Assembly (NCBI GenBank): GCA_001794025.1
Contig: MGJA01000003.1
Coordinates: 76,909-140,908 of the forward strand
DNA: 64,000 nucleotides
Reading direction: 5' to 3'
From: Candidatus Yanofskybacteria bacterium RIFCSPHIGHO2_01_FULL_41_21
Lineage (GTDB): Bacteria > Patescibacteriota > Minisyncoccia > 2-02-FULL-40-12 > GWA2-44-9
In this document: positions 21,129 through 29,819 of the stretch, piece by piece
Layout of the letters: every line of letters begins with the position of its first letter
Position numbering within the stretch: the first letter of the stretch is position 1
The notes under the pieces: generated by a model
What the model was told of the DNA's origin: nothing
The model's input: only the letters and a program-made list of their open reading frames with translations
The model's database searches: none
Translations under genes and position numbers: made by a program

Positions 21129-22286
21129 ATGAGCGTTCTTGTTGCCGGATATACATACATTCATAGTTCGTATTTTAATACTTTTCGAAATTATCCCGGT
21201 GATATATTTTTTTTACTTCCAAAAATATGGAAGGCAAAAGGTGGAAGAGTTGTATATACTCCTCCTGTCGGTGATAACGTCATTACCGCCACGACCGTAT
21301 TTTCACATTCCCACTATCCTATTATCGGTGGTCTATTGAAAGGATGGATGCCCGCATTCCCTCTGGTGTTATGGCGGGAGAAAAAAAGAAAAAAAATCGG
21401 ACTTGTTTTCAGTTGTGGTGAACCGACTTTGCTCTCTACCCTCTATAACGCTTTTTGGTCAAAGATGTTTGGTCTAAAACATATTCCATTCAGTTGGGAG
21501 AATATTCCGTATACCATAAAATTTAAAGGTATTTCCGGATTGCTTCACTATCTAATACTTCGGGCATGCCTAGCTCTCTCGGATGGAATCATTTGCGGTA
21601 ATTCTAAAGGTAGAGATATTTTCATGACTATTACAAAAAAACCTATTGCCGTGATTCCTCTTATTGGTGTAGACGAAGAATTTTTTAAACCGTTCAATAC
21701 GGAGAAAAAATTTATGGGTAAGGACTTCTTAGGAAAGACGGTCTTTACATTCGTTGGCGCCCTTGGTTATCGAAAAGGCATCCATCTTGCCATAAGCGTT
21801 TTTCAGAAGGTTGTGGACAGTGTTCCTAATGCTGTGCTGGTCGTTGCCGGTACAGGTGAATATGAACAAGAACTTGAAAATTTAATAAAGGAAAAGTCGC
21901 TTCAGGATGTTGTTTTTCGTTTTCCATGGCTTGATCATGGTCAACTCAAAGAACTTCTGGCTGTTTCCGATATTTTTTTATACCCTAGTTTTTCATTTGG
22001 CGGATGGGAAGAACAATTTGGATATTCTATGGCTGAAGCATCATTGATGGAACTTCCCGTGATCTCTACTTGCTCTGGATCAATATCTGATGTTATAGTT
22101 GATGGACAGACAGGAATTCTAGTAAAACCGGAAAGTTCTGAAGAGCTTGCAAAAGCGATGATTACTCTTGGCCAGGACAGAGAACTTTGTGTACGTTTAG
22201 GTAAAGCTGGCCGCCTTTATATAGGTGAACGTTTTAACTCTAATAGAGTTGCCACAATGTTCTATAATTTTTTTAAACAAATATGA
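21129..22286 (+). CDS. Glycosyltransferase family 4
   Basis: FVGALGYRKG, WEEQFGYSMAEA. Confidence 0.88.
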   Translation: MSVLVAGYTYIHSSYFNTFRNYPGDIFFLLPKIWKAKGGRVVYTPPVGDNVITATTVFSHSHYPIIGGLLKGWMPAFPLVLWREKKRKKIGLVFSCGEPTLLSTLYNAFWSKMFGLKHIPFSWENIPYTIKFKGISGLLHYLILRACLALSDGIICGNSKGRDIFMTITKKPIAVIPLIGVDEEFFKPFNTEKKFMGKDFLGKTVFTFVGALGYRKGIHLAISVFQKVVDSVPNAVLVVAGTGEYEQELENLIKEKSLQDVVFRFPWLDHGQLKELLAVSDIFLYPSFSFGGWEEQFGYSMAEASLMELPVISTCSGSISDVIVDGQTGILVKPESSEELAKAMITLGQDRELCVRLGKAGRLYIGERFNSNRVATMFYNFFKQI

Positions 22287-22981
22287 AGATATCTATTATT
22301 ATCCCGGCCTATAACGAGAAAAATACAATTTTGGGTATATTGGAGGCGGTAGAAAATGTTCAATTGCCTGGCATAGAAAAAGAAATTATCGTTATTGATG
22401 ATGGTTCCACTGATGGAACTCGTGATTTATTGAAAGGATTTTCCGAAAAACATACAATTGTATTTCACGAAAAAAATAAGGGCAAAGGCGGAGCATTACG
22501 AACTGGATTTGCCCGGGCGACTGGCGATTACATAATCATTCAAGATGCGGATTTAGAATATGACCCAAATGATTACCGAGTCCTAGCTGAACCAATCCAA
22601 GCCGGAAAGGCGGACGTTGTTTTTGGTTCCCGCCGCCTTGATTCAGAAAAAAATCGTTACGCATATGAACGGTATAGGTTGGGAGGTATGCTGGTCGGCG
22701 CCCTTGTAAATATTTTTTCTGGTATCAGGTTGCACGATGTTTTATCAATGAGTAAGATATTTCCTCGAAGTGCTCTCTCCAAGATTAATCTAAGGAGTGG
22801 TGGTTTTGAAATGGATATAGAACTTAATATCAAATTAGTGTTGGCGGGCTACCGAATAGCTGAAGTACCAATTTCCTATCAGGCCCGGACAATCCAAGCC
22901 GGTAAAAAAGTTCGACCATCCGATGCGATAAAAATTCTTAAGGTGGCAATCCAATCAAGATGGCAAAAATTATCAGCATAA
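22283..22981 (+). CDS. GT2, polyprenol-phosphate glycosyltransferase (DPM1-like)
   Basis: IIPAYNE, IDDGSTDGT, NKGKGGA, QDADLEY. Confidence 0.9.
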   Translation: MKISIIIPAYNEKNTILGILEAVENVQLPGIEKEIIVIDDGSTDGTRDLLKGFSEKHTIVFHEKNKGKGGALRTGFARATGDYIIIQDADLEYDPNDYRVLAEPIQAGKADVVFGSRRLDSEKNRYAYERYRLGGMLVGALVNIFSGIRLHDVLSMSKIFPRSALSKINLRSGGFEMDIELNIKLVLAGYRIAEVPISYQARTIQAGKKVRPSDAIKILKVAIQSRWQKLSA

Positions 22982-24291
22982 TTAAGAGACATAAATTAAT
23001 TACCGGGATTATTTTTGTTGGTCTTCTGGTGACTCTCTCATATTCATTTTATTTTCAAGTTCGGGTTGCGGTAGATGCAAAGGCCTATGACAGTATTGCC
23101 TGGAGTTTGGTACAGGGAACAGGATATACTGAAACAACCAGCTCCATCCCTAATTCATCAGTTGGGCGATCGGGGCCCGGCTATGAATTTTTTCTGGCGT
23201 TTTGGTATTTAATTTTTGGTCATAATCTTTGGATTATTTGGATTGTCCAATCCTTAATACATGCCGGTTCGGCCCTCCTGGTCTATTTAATTATTAAACA
23301 ATTACTTGATGATTCTCGAAGCGAATTGTTTGCCTCTCTCGGGGCGGGATTTTATATTTTTTTCATTGATCTTTTAGAAATGCCGTCTATGATATTGACT
23401 GAAACATTGTATATGTTTCTGATTTTATACGGTGTCCACTTATCTATTAAGTTGTGGGGAAAACCAACATTTAAGATTACTGCCGAAATAGCTGTTTTCT
23501 TTACCCTCGCGGTTCTTATCAGACCCCAAGCAGCATTACTCTTGGTGTTTACTTTAGGATTTTTACTTTGGAACCGTCTTTACCGGCATGCTTTAGTATT
23601 AATAATGGTGACAGTTATCCTGATGACTCCATGGACCATTCGCAACTACAGAGTATTTAATAAATTTATCCCTACCGGTATGCAACTGGGATATAATTTG
23701 TGGGTCGGCAACAGCCCTGATTCAAAATTTGTCGGGGAGATGGTTGCGACTAAAGAGATAGATAAGTATGCCGAGGAGTACGGTTATTTCGCCGCCAATG
23801 AGCGGGGAATACAGGAAGTGAAGAATCTTGCCCTACGTCACCCGCTCACGTTTCTGAAGCTTCAGCTGGTCAAAACGTCGGTATATTTTAGCGTTGCCCG
23901 ACCGGCAGCATTCTGGTTCCATCTTAAGGGATTATCTCAACTAGTAACCATTGGATTTTCCAGTTTATTTGCTTTCATTGTATTTATTTTCGGGCTAGCC
24001 GGATTTTGGCGTTTTGTAAAAAAGAAAGACATTGTTTCTCGGATGTTCGTATTATTTACATTAGCTGCTCCGGTCGGGGTTATTTGGACTATTGTGGAGA
24101 CGAGATATCGCTATCAATTATATCCGTTTGCGATTGTTTTGGGCGTTATGTTTTTAGCCGAATTTATTAAAAACAAAAAAGAGCTCTCTCGTATTCTTTT
24201 GGTTACCGCCATGCTTGTTACAGCCAACACTCTTTTTGATTTCATTCACAATTCGGCACGTGTGATAGAGCGTCTTCAGCGACTCTGGTAG
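22960..24291 (+). CDS. GT-C glycosyltransferase (PMT_2/ArnT-like)
   Basis: DAKAYD after TM1, PGY, LTETL, IRP, PWTIRN and RYR motifs; many TMs. Confidence 0.78.
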   Translation: MAKIISIIKRHKLITGIIFVGLLVTLSYSFYFQVRVAVDAKAYDSIAWSLVQGTGYTETTSSIPNSSVGRSGPGYEFFLAFWYLIFGHNLWIIWIVQSLIHAGSALLVYLIIKQLLDDSRSELFASLGAGFYIFFIDLLEMPSMILTETLYMFLILYGVHLSIKLWGKPTFKITAEIAVFFTLAVLIRPQAALLLVFTLGFLLWNRLYRHALVLIMVTVILMTPWTIRNYRVFNKFIPTGMQLGYNLWVGNSPDSKFVGEMVATKEIDKYAEEYGYFAANERGIQEVKNLALRHPLTFLKLQLVKTSVYFSVARPAAFWFHLKGLSQLVTIGFSSLFAFIVFIFGLAGFWRFVKKKDIVSRMFVLFTLAAPVGVIWTIVETRYRYQLYPFAIVLGVMFLAEFIKNKKELSRILLVTAMLVTANTLFDFIHNSARVIERLQRLW

Positions 24292-24302
24292 GATTGTTTC
24301 CA

Positions 24303-25082
24303 ATGAACAAAGAAGAAATAAAAACAATAATGGATGTTGAGGGCTACACTTCTTTGAAAGAGGGTTTGTTTTTATATTCTCTGGCGGGCACTCTTATAAA
24401 TTCTCCGGTTATGGTTGAAATTGGAAGCTGGAAGGGGCGTTCCACAATTTGGTTAGCCAGTGGTTTGAGAGACGGCACTGGCAGTGGCCGAGTTGTGGCC
24501 GTAGATCATGGTGTTGGTGATTCGGATGCCGGTATTCAGCAGACAGCGGAAATTTTTTCTGCCAATATAAAAAAAAGTAATGTCGCTGAAATGATAACCA
24601 CAATTTTTAAGAAATCCGAAGAAGCTATTAGTAACTGGTCAGATCCTGTTGATATGCTTTTTATTGATGGGGCTCATGATTACGAAAATGTAAAAAGAGA
24701 TTTTGCGTGGGAGGAGTTCTTAAAAGATGGTGGTTGGTTGGTTATGCACGATGTTCTTAATCCTGCGGAAGGACCCGCACGTATGTTTTTGGAAAGGGTT
24801 ATCAAAACAAACGGTTTTAAAAATTTTGGCACCGTTGATTCAATTCTTTTTGCCCAAAAAGGAGAAGGACTTAAACGGTATGATTTAAGAAAAACAATTA
24901 TTGGGATACTCTTGAGATTTTGTCTTATTTTAACCAAAGTCAATAAAAAACTTCCCAAAAATGGTTTACCTAAAAAAATTGTAAGGATTTTAATGAAGGA
25001 TATTGTTAGGGGTTTAATTACTAAGGTCGCAAATTTTAAACTTGTCGGTTTTGATAAAATAAAGACCGAATTAACGCAATGA
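24303..25082 (+). CDS. Class I SAM-dependent methyltransferase (Methyltransf_24-like)
   Basis: VEIGSWKGRST, LFIDGAHDY, MHD; ATG 24303. Confidence 0.85.
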   Translation: MNKEEIKTIMDVEGYTSLKEGLFLYSLAGTLINSPVMVEIGSWKGRSTIWLASGLRDGTGSGRVVAVDHGVGDSDAGIQQTAEIFSANIKKSNVAEMITTIFKKSEEAISNWSDPVDMLFIDGAHDYENVKRDFAWEEFLKDGGWLVMHDVLNPAEGPARMFLERVIKTNGFKNFGTVDSILFAQKGEGLKRYDLRKTIIGILLRFCLILTKVNKKLPKNGLPKKIVRILMKDIVRGLITKVANFKLVGFDKIKTELTQ

Positions 25083-25196
25083 GTCCCGTTAGAAATGAAC
25101 CCTACGGGTATAAATATGAAAATCAATAATATAAAAATGATTGTAACCAGCCACCACCTCAAGACGGTGGACGGTCTGTTACATTTCTAACGGGAT
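25083..25196 (+). mobile_element. 114-bp MITE-like element family A, copy 2
   Basis: 14-bp TIR tcccgttagaaatg/catttctaacggga; fills the gap between TGA 25082 and ATG 25195. Confidence 0.85.
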
Positions 25197-26226
25197 GAAG
25201 ATATTATATATTTCTCCACACGGTGATTTTACCGACCAGATGAAGAGGGTTTTTATTGAAAATGGTGTAGAGATTATTTATATTGATGATAGAAAGAATT
25301 ATTTTATGCCGTGGTTATTGAGAGGGTCTTTAATTTGGAAGATAACTAGACGGATAAATTTCATAAGAAGAAAAAGTAATGAAATTCTAAATGAAAAAGC
25401 GATAGAATTATGCCGGAAACATCACCCAGATTTTTTGTTTACAGGGAAAGGGATGAACATAAAGGTCTCAACTGTTTTAAAAATTAAAAGCATGGGCATA
25501 AAAACGGTAACTTGGTTTATGGAAAATACCTATCAGGAAAGGTATTTTAATTGGTTTTCTAATAATTATCTAAATTATGATTACGTATTTACCAATGATT
25601 CATATTTGTTTGATAAATTTTTTAATAAATCCTCTGCAAAACTGTGTAATATTTCAATGACCATTGACCCCGATTGTTATAAGGAACAAACTTTAAACAA
25701 AGAAGAGGCAGAAAAATATTCCTGTGATGTTTGTTTTGTGGGTGCATTTGATCAAAACAGAGAAAGAATTCTTAGTAAGGTAAACGAGATAAAAGGACTT
25801 AATCTAAAAATTTTTGGCTGGGTCGGCTGGAAAAACTCTTCTTTAGCGTCTTTATACCACGGTCCCCTTAATCTTGAACAAATGGCTAAACTTTACAGGT
25901 CTGCTAAAATTTGTCTCAATATAAATGGTCGAAATAAAAGTACTGATCCAGTAATGAATGGTGTTAGTTTAAAGACCTTTGAGATTCCGGCTTCAAATGG
26001 GTTTCAAATATCTGATTATCGTAAAGACGTAGAGGATCTTTTTAAAATAGGAGAAGAAATTGAAATATTCAGAAGTGATGATGAGTTGATTGATAAGATT
26101 AAATTTTATTTAAATAATGAAGAGGCCAGAAATAAAATTGCTGAAGCCGGCCACAAAAGAGTTTTAACGAGTCATACTCTTGATAAGCGGGTCAAAGATA
26201 TATTGAATTTTATTCAGACCAATTGA
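25195..26226 (+). CDS. CgeB/DUF3880-like glycosyltransferase
   Basis: DVCFVG, KICLNI, KTFEIPASNGFQISD, IAEAGHKRVLTSHT. Confidence 0.8.
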   Translation: MKILYISPHGDFTDQMKRVFIENGVEIIYIDDRKNYFMPWLLRGSLIWKITRRINFIRRKSNEILNEKAIELCRKHHPDFLFTGKGMNIKVSTVLKIKSMGIKTVTWFMENTYQERYFNWFSNNYLNYDYVFTNDSYLFDKFFNKSSAKLCNISMTIDPDCYKEQTLNKEEAEKYSCDVCFVGAFDQNRERILSKVNEIKGLNLKIFGWVGWKNSSLASLYHGPLNLEQMAKLYRSAKICLNINGRNKSTDPVMNGVSLKTFEIPASNGFQISDYRKDVEDLFKIGEEIEIFRSDDELIDKIKFYLNNEEARNKIAEAGHKRVLTSHTLDKRVKDILNFIQTN

Positions 26227-26230
26227 ATGA

Positions 26231-26344
26231 ATCCCGTTAGAAATGAACCCTACGGGTATATGTATGAAAATCAATAATATAAAAATGATTGCAACTGGCC
26301 ACCATCTCAAGACGGTGGATGATCAGTTACATCTCTAACGGGAT
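26231..26344 (+). mobile_element. 114-bp MITE-like element family A, copy 3
   Basis: atcccgttagaaatg...catctctaacgggat; right end overlaps ATG 26343. Confidence 0.85.
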
Positions 26345-27368
26345 GAACAACAAAGTAAAAATCGGAATTTTGGGATGTGCGGATATTGCCAAGAGATATG
26401 CAATTAAAGCATTCCAATCAATAGATAATTGCGAAGTCGTCAGTATCGCCAGTCGTAATCCCGTAAAGGCCAAAGAATGGGCGTTGGATTTTAATATACA
26501 AGCGGAAGAATCATACGATTCTTTGTTGAACAATAAAGACATAGATGCGGTCTATATACCCCTACCGGTGGGATTACATAAAGAATGGGCCCTCAAAGCA
26601 GTTGCGGTCGGCAAACATATTATCTGCGAGAAATCTTTGGCTGAGGATTTTGAATCCGTAAAAAGTATAGTGTCTGCTTGCCAATCTAAAGGAGTAGTTT
26701 TGTACGAGAATTTTATGACCGATTTTCATCCTCAACATCAAAAAGTATTATCTATTATTGAGAATGGGGATATTGGCGAGCCATTTATATTTAGAAGTTT
26801 TTTTGGTTTTCCTCCACTAAAAAAGGACAACATTAGATACGACAGTAAACTTGGCGGGGGTTGCCTTAATGATGTCGGTGCGCATATCGTCTTTATGGCG
26901 CGGAAGATTTTTAAAAAAGAACCCGTTTCGGTTATGTGTAATTTGATAAACGACAAAAAGCTTGGCGTTGATACGGGAGGTACAGCGGTGCTTGAATTTT
27001 CAGATGGCCAAGCAGCGTTAATGGGCTTTAGTTTTTGTTCATCCTATCAAAATAATTATTCTGTGTGGGGGAGCAAGGCCGTGCTTAATGTGAAACAGGC
27101 CTATTCTATAAGGCCAGACACGAAACCAATCGTTGAGCTTACTCAAATTCAGAACTACCAGGAGGTAGTAACCCAAATCAACGCACCTTCAGCCAACCAG
27201 TTTGAAATACTTTTTCATGATTTTTGCGATACTATCTTAAATCAGGAAAACAGGGCTGAAAAAATTAATAATATCTATTTACGTCTTCTGGCTCAAGCCA
27301 AGGTTTTAGAAGCCATGCGCCTGTCCGCTTTGGAGAATAGAATGGTTGAGGTTAAGGAAATTAAATGA
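26343..27368 (+). CDS. Gfo/Idh/MocA oxidoreductase (NDP-hexose 3-ketoreductase-like)
   Basis: GILGCADIAKR, YIPLPVGLH, CEKS, GGGCLNDVG; start ATG 26343. Confidence 0.85.
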   Translation: MNNKVKIGILGCADIAKRYAIKAFQSIDNCEVVSIASRNPVKAKEWALDFNIQAEESYDSLLNNKDIDAVYIPLPVGLHKEWALKAVAVGKHIICEKSLAEDFESVKSIVSACQSKGVVLYENFMTDFHPQHQKVLSIIENGDIGEPFIFRSFFGFPPLKKDNIRYDSKLGGGCLNDVGAHIVFMARKIFKKEPVSVMCNLINDKKLGVDTGGTAVLEFSDGQAALMGFSFCSSYQNNYSVWGSKAVLNVKQAYSIRPDTKPIVELTQIQNYQEVVTQINAPSANQFEILFHDFCDTILNQENRAEKINNIYLRLLAQAKVLEAMRLSALENRMVEVKEIK

Positions 27369-27376
27369 TCTAGTAT

Positions 27377-27404
27377 AAAAAAGGGGCCGGCATAAGCCGG
27401 CCCC
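27377..27404 (-). terminator. Intrinsic terminator
   Basis: GGGGCCGGC-ttat-GCCGGCCCC followed by T6 on the minus strand. Confidence 0.85.
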
Positions 27405-27419
27405 CATTCAACGACGGTC

Positions 27420-28052
27420 TTACTTATCTCTGTTAGTTAAATAACTAAGGATTTCCTTGGGCAGAAGCATGTCTCCCTTTTGAGAGTACACACCCAAGCG
27501 TGTCCATTCAGTGGCCAGAAGTTCTAGTCGTGTCCCGGCTACTTTTCCTTGAGAATGTCTCACGACATTTTGCCAAGGAAGAGGTGAACCTCGTTGGGCA
27601 TAGAGCTTCAGTTTAGGGTAGAATTTAATGGCACAACTTACCGCTGTGACGAAGGCTCGGACGAGGTGAAATTCAGGAGCAACTATGCCGACTGATTCCA
27701 GACCTTTGTCTTTTGCGAAGTTAATCAAAGCTTTTAACTCCGTGTAAGTATTGAATACATCTTCAGAGAGATTGGAATTAAAGATTGGACCAGAGTATCC
27801 TTTTTCCTTCAAATTGGCCCTAATGTATTCGGCCCCCGAATAACCATTTCTAGTGTGCCCGGTGCAGATAATGATAGCTCGGCTTCGGTCGCAGGAATAG
27901 CAGTCGACGGCTCCATTAATGCTGGAGTCCTGATTGTCAGTGGTCTCTCCCACGACATAACAGGCATCGATAGGTTTGAGTGGGAGGGTATCGCACAAAA
28001 TTCTCGTTGTTAATTGGCTGACTTCTTCTTGGTTTTGGGCGTAGGTGGGCAC
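27420..28052 (-). CDS. DUF218/YdcF/SanA-like protein
   Basis: NTYTELKA and VAPEFHLVRA motifs; AAGGAG 5 nt upstream of GTG 28052. Confidence 0.6.
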   Translation of the reverse strand: MPTYAQNQEEVSQLTTRILCDTLPLKPIDACYVVGETTDNQDSSINGAVDCYSCDRSRAIIICTGHTRNGYSGAEYIRANLKEKGYSGPIFNSNLSEDVFNTYTELKALINFAKDKGLESVGIVAPEFHLVRAFVTAVSCAIKFYPKLKLYAQRGSPLPWQNVVRHSQGKVAGTRLELLATEWTRLGVYSQKGDMLLPKEILSYLTNRDK

Positions 28053-28099
28053 AGTCACTCCTTGTTAATGATTAAATTTTTTTAAAACTCTCGTCATAA

Positions 28100-28128
28100 A
28101 TTGTAGTATTTAATTATAATTTTGTCAA
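28100..28128 (-). promoter_or_regulatory. Sigma70 promoter for the DUF218-like gene
   Basis: TTGACA-17-TACAAT on the minus strand. Confidence 0.7.
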
Positions 28129-28184
28129 TATTGAATAATTATGATAATAATGCTAGAGTTGGAAAACCAAAATAGCTATTCCTT

Positions 28185-28574
28185 ATGAAATTCACAAAGC
28201 AAATTAAGCCGGAGTTTGTTGATTCCCGTGGCGGAATCACTAAATTACTTGATGATGGTAAAACAAATATTAAAAGTATTCTGCTTATTACTTCAAAAAC
28301 AGGCAGTATTCGCTCTAATCATTATCACAAAAAAGATGCCCATTATATTTATATGATTTCCGGAGCAATGGAATATTTTGAAAAGCCGGTTAAAGGAAAT
28401 ACTAAAACAAAAAAAGTGGTTGTGAATGCGGGAGATATGGTCTATACGCCACCGATGGCGATTCATACCTCTAGGTTTACAAAGAATTCTGTTTTTATGG
28501 CGTTTTCTATTAAATCTAGAAACCAAAAGGCCTATGAAAAGGATACTATCCGTGTTCCATGTCTGATAAAATAA
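28185..28574 (+). CDS. Cupin-domain protein (NDP-sugar isomerase/epimerase-like)
   Basis: DSRG, RSNHYHK, PPMAIH. Confidence 0.75.
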   Translation: MKFTKQIKPEFVDSRGGITKLLDDGKTNIKSILLITSKTGSIRSNHYHKKDAHYIYMISGAMEYFEKPVKGNTKTKKVVVNAGDMVYTPPMAIHTSRFTKNSVFMAFSIKSRNQKAYEKDTIRVPCLIK

Positions 28575-29818
28575 TGGCGATTATAAAAAAAAATCTTGCC
28601 TGCAGAGCATGTGGTTCTCGTGAACTGGAAGAGTTTTTGTCTTTGGGCAAGACACCGCCGGCAAATGCGTTTCTTAAAAAAAAGGACTTCAATAAAGAAA
28701 AGTTCCATCCATTACGGGTTGGTGTTTGTCGTTCGTGCAAATTAGTTCAACTTCTAGATGTTGTAAGCAAAGAGCATCTATTTTCTCATTATGTCTATTT
28801 TTTTTCAGCGATGCCGACGGCTTCCAATCATTTCGGTGTTTATGCTCAAGATATAATCAGGAGATTTATAAAAGATCCAGTTAATAACCTTATTGTTGAG
28901 TTAGGGAGCAATGACGGTCTTCTTCTCAAATCCTTTCAAGGAAAAGGATGCAAGAAAGTACTTGGAATTGATCCAGCCAAAAATATTGTAAAATTTGCGA
29001 ATGACCAAGGTGTTCCGACCTTGGCCGATTTTTTTAGTCAGAAATTGGCACGTAACATTGCAAAAACTAAAGGCAAGGCCCAAGTTATAATCGGGAATAA
29101 TGTAGTGGCCCATATTGACGACTGGCAGGACTTAGCCAAAGGGGTGGATGAGCTTCTTTCTCAAGACGGCGTCTTTATTTTTGAGGCGCCGTATTTGATG
29201 GATATGTTTGAAAACCTTGCCTATGATTCTATCTATCATGAACACCTCTCTTATTTATCAGTTGCTCCCCTTGTCCGTTTCTTTAAGAAATACAAGATGG
29301 ATGTATTTGATGTTCAACCGTCTCAACGCCAAGGTCATTCAATCCGTGTCTTTGTATCTCGTATGGGTGAGTATAAAATATTGGCGAGTGTTAAGAAATT
29401 TCTAGATAAAGAAAATAAAGCCGGTTTGGGTAAGATGAGTTCATATCATGCGCTTGCCAAAAGAATTCAATCCTCGCGTGACCAACTCGTCGCGACCCTT
29501 AAAAATTTGAAGGATAAGAAGAAAATAATTGCTGCCTATGGCGCTCCGGCTCGTGGCAATACACTTTTAAACTACGGCAAAATTGGCACCAAACTAATTG
29601 ATTTCGCTACCGAAGAACTTCCTTTAAAAATAGGTTTATATAGTCCTGGGATGCATATTCCCGTTAAACATATTGATGATGCCAGAAAAAATCCACCCGA
29701 TTATTATTTAATGTTGGCTTGGAATTATAAAGACCAGATTATAAAAAAAGAGCCGGAATTTGTTAAGCAGGGCGGTAAATTCATTATTCCTATCGGTGAT
29801 AAAGTGGAGCTTATTTAA
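28574..29818 (+). CDS. NDP-hexose C-methyltransferase, second paralogue
   Basis: CRACGS and CRSC, ELGSNDG, NVVAH, DSIYHEH, YGAPARGNTLLN, LAWNY; TAATG coupling at 28572-28576. Confidence 0.88.
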   Translation: MAIIKKNLACRACGSRELEEFLSLGKTPPANAFLKKKDFNKEKFHPLRVGVCRSCKLVQLLDVVSKEHLFSHYVYFFSAMPTASNHFGVYAQDIIRRFIKDPVNNLIVELGSNDGLLLKSFQGKGCKKVLGIDPAKNIVKFANDQGVPTLADFFSQKLARNIAKTKGKAQVIIGNNVVAHIDDWQDLAKGVDELLSQDGVFIFEAPYLMDMFENLAYDSIYHEHLSYLSVAPLVRFFKKYKMDVFDVQPSQRQGHSIRVFVSRMGEYKILASVKKFLDKENKAGLGKMSSYHALAKRIQSSRDQLVATLKNLKDKKKIIAAYGAPARGNTLLNYGKIGTKLIDFATEELPLKIGLYSPGMHIPVKHIDDARKNPPDYYLMLAWNYKDQIIKKEPEFVKQGGKFIIPIGDKVELI

Positions 29819-29819
29819 T

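Noticed and set aside
21381-21397. A7-A8 homopolymers in coding regions (also near 28676) as phase-variation tracts
   Set aside because: Short A runs are expected in Lys-rich, AT-rich genes, and the frames are intact.
25083-25196. 114-bp repeat as an integron attC site
   Set aside because: The GTTAGA and TCTAAC boxes are in the opposite order to attC (RYYYAAC...GTTRRRY), most intervals hold many genes, and no integrase is in the window. A non-integron cassette role remains open.
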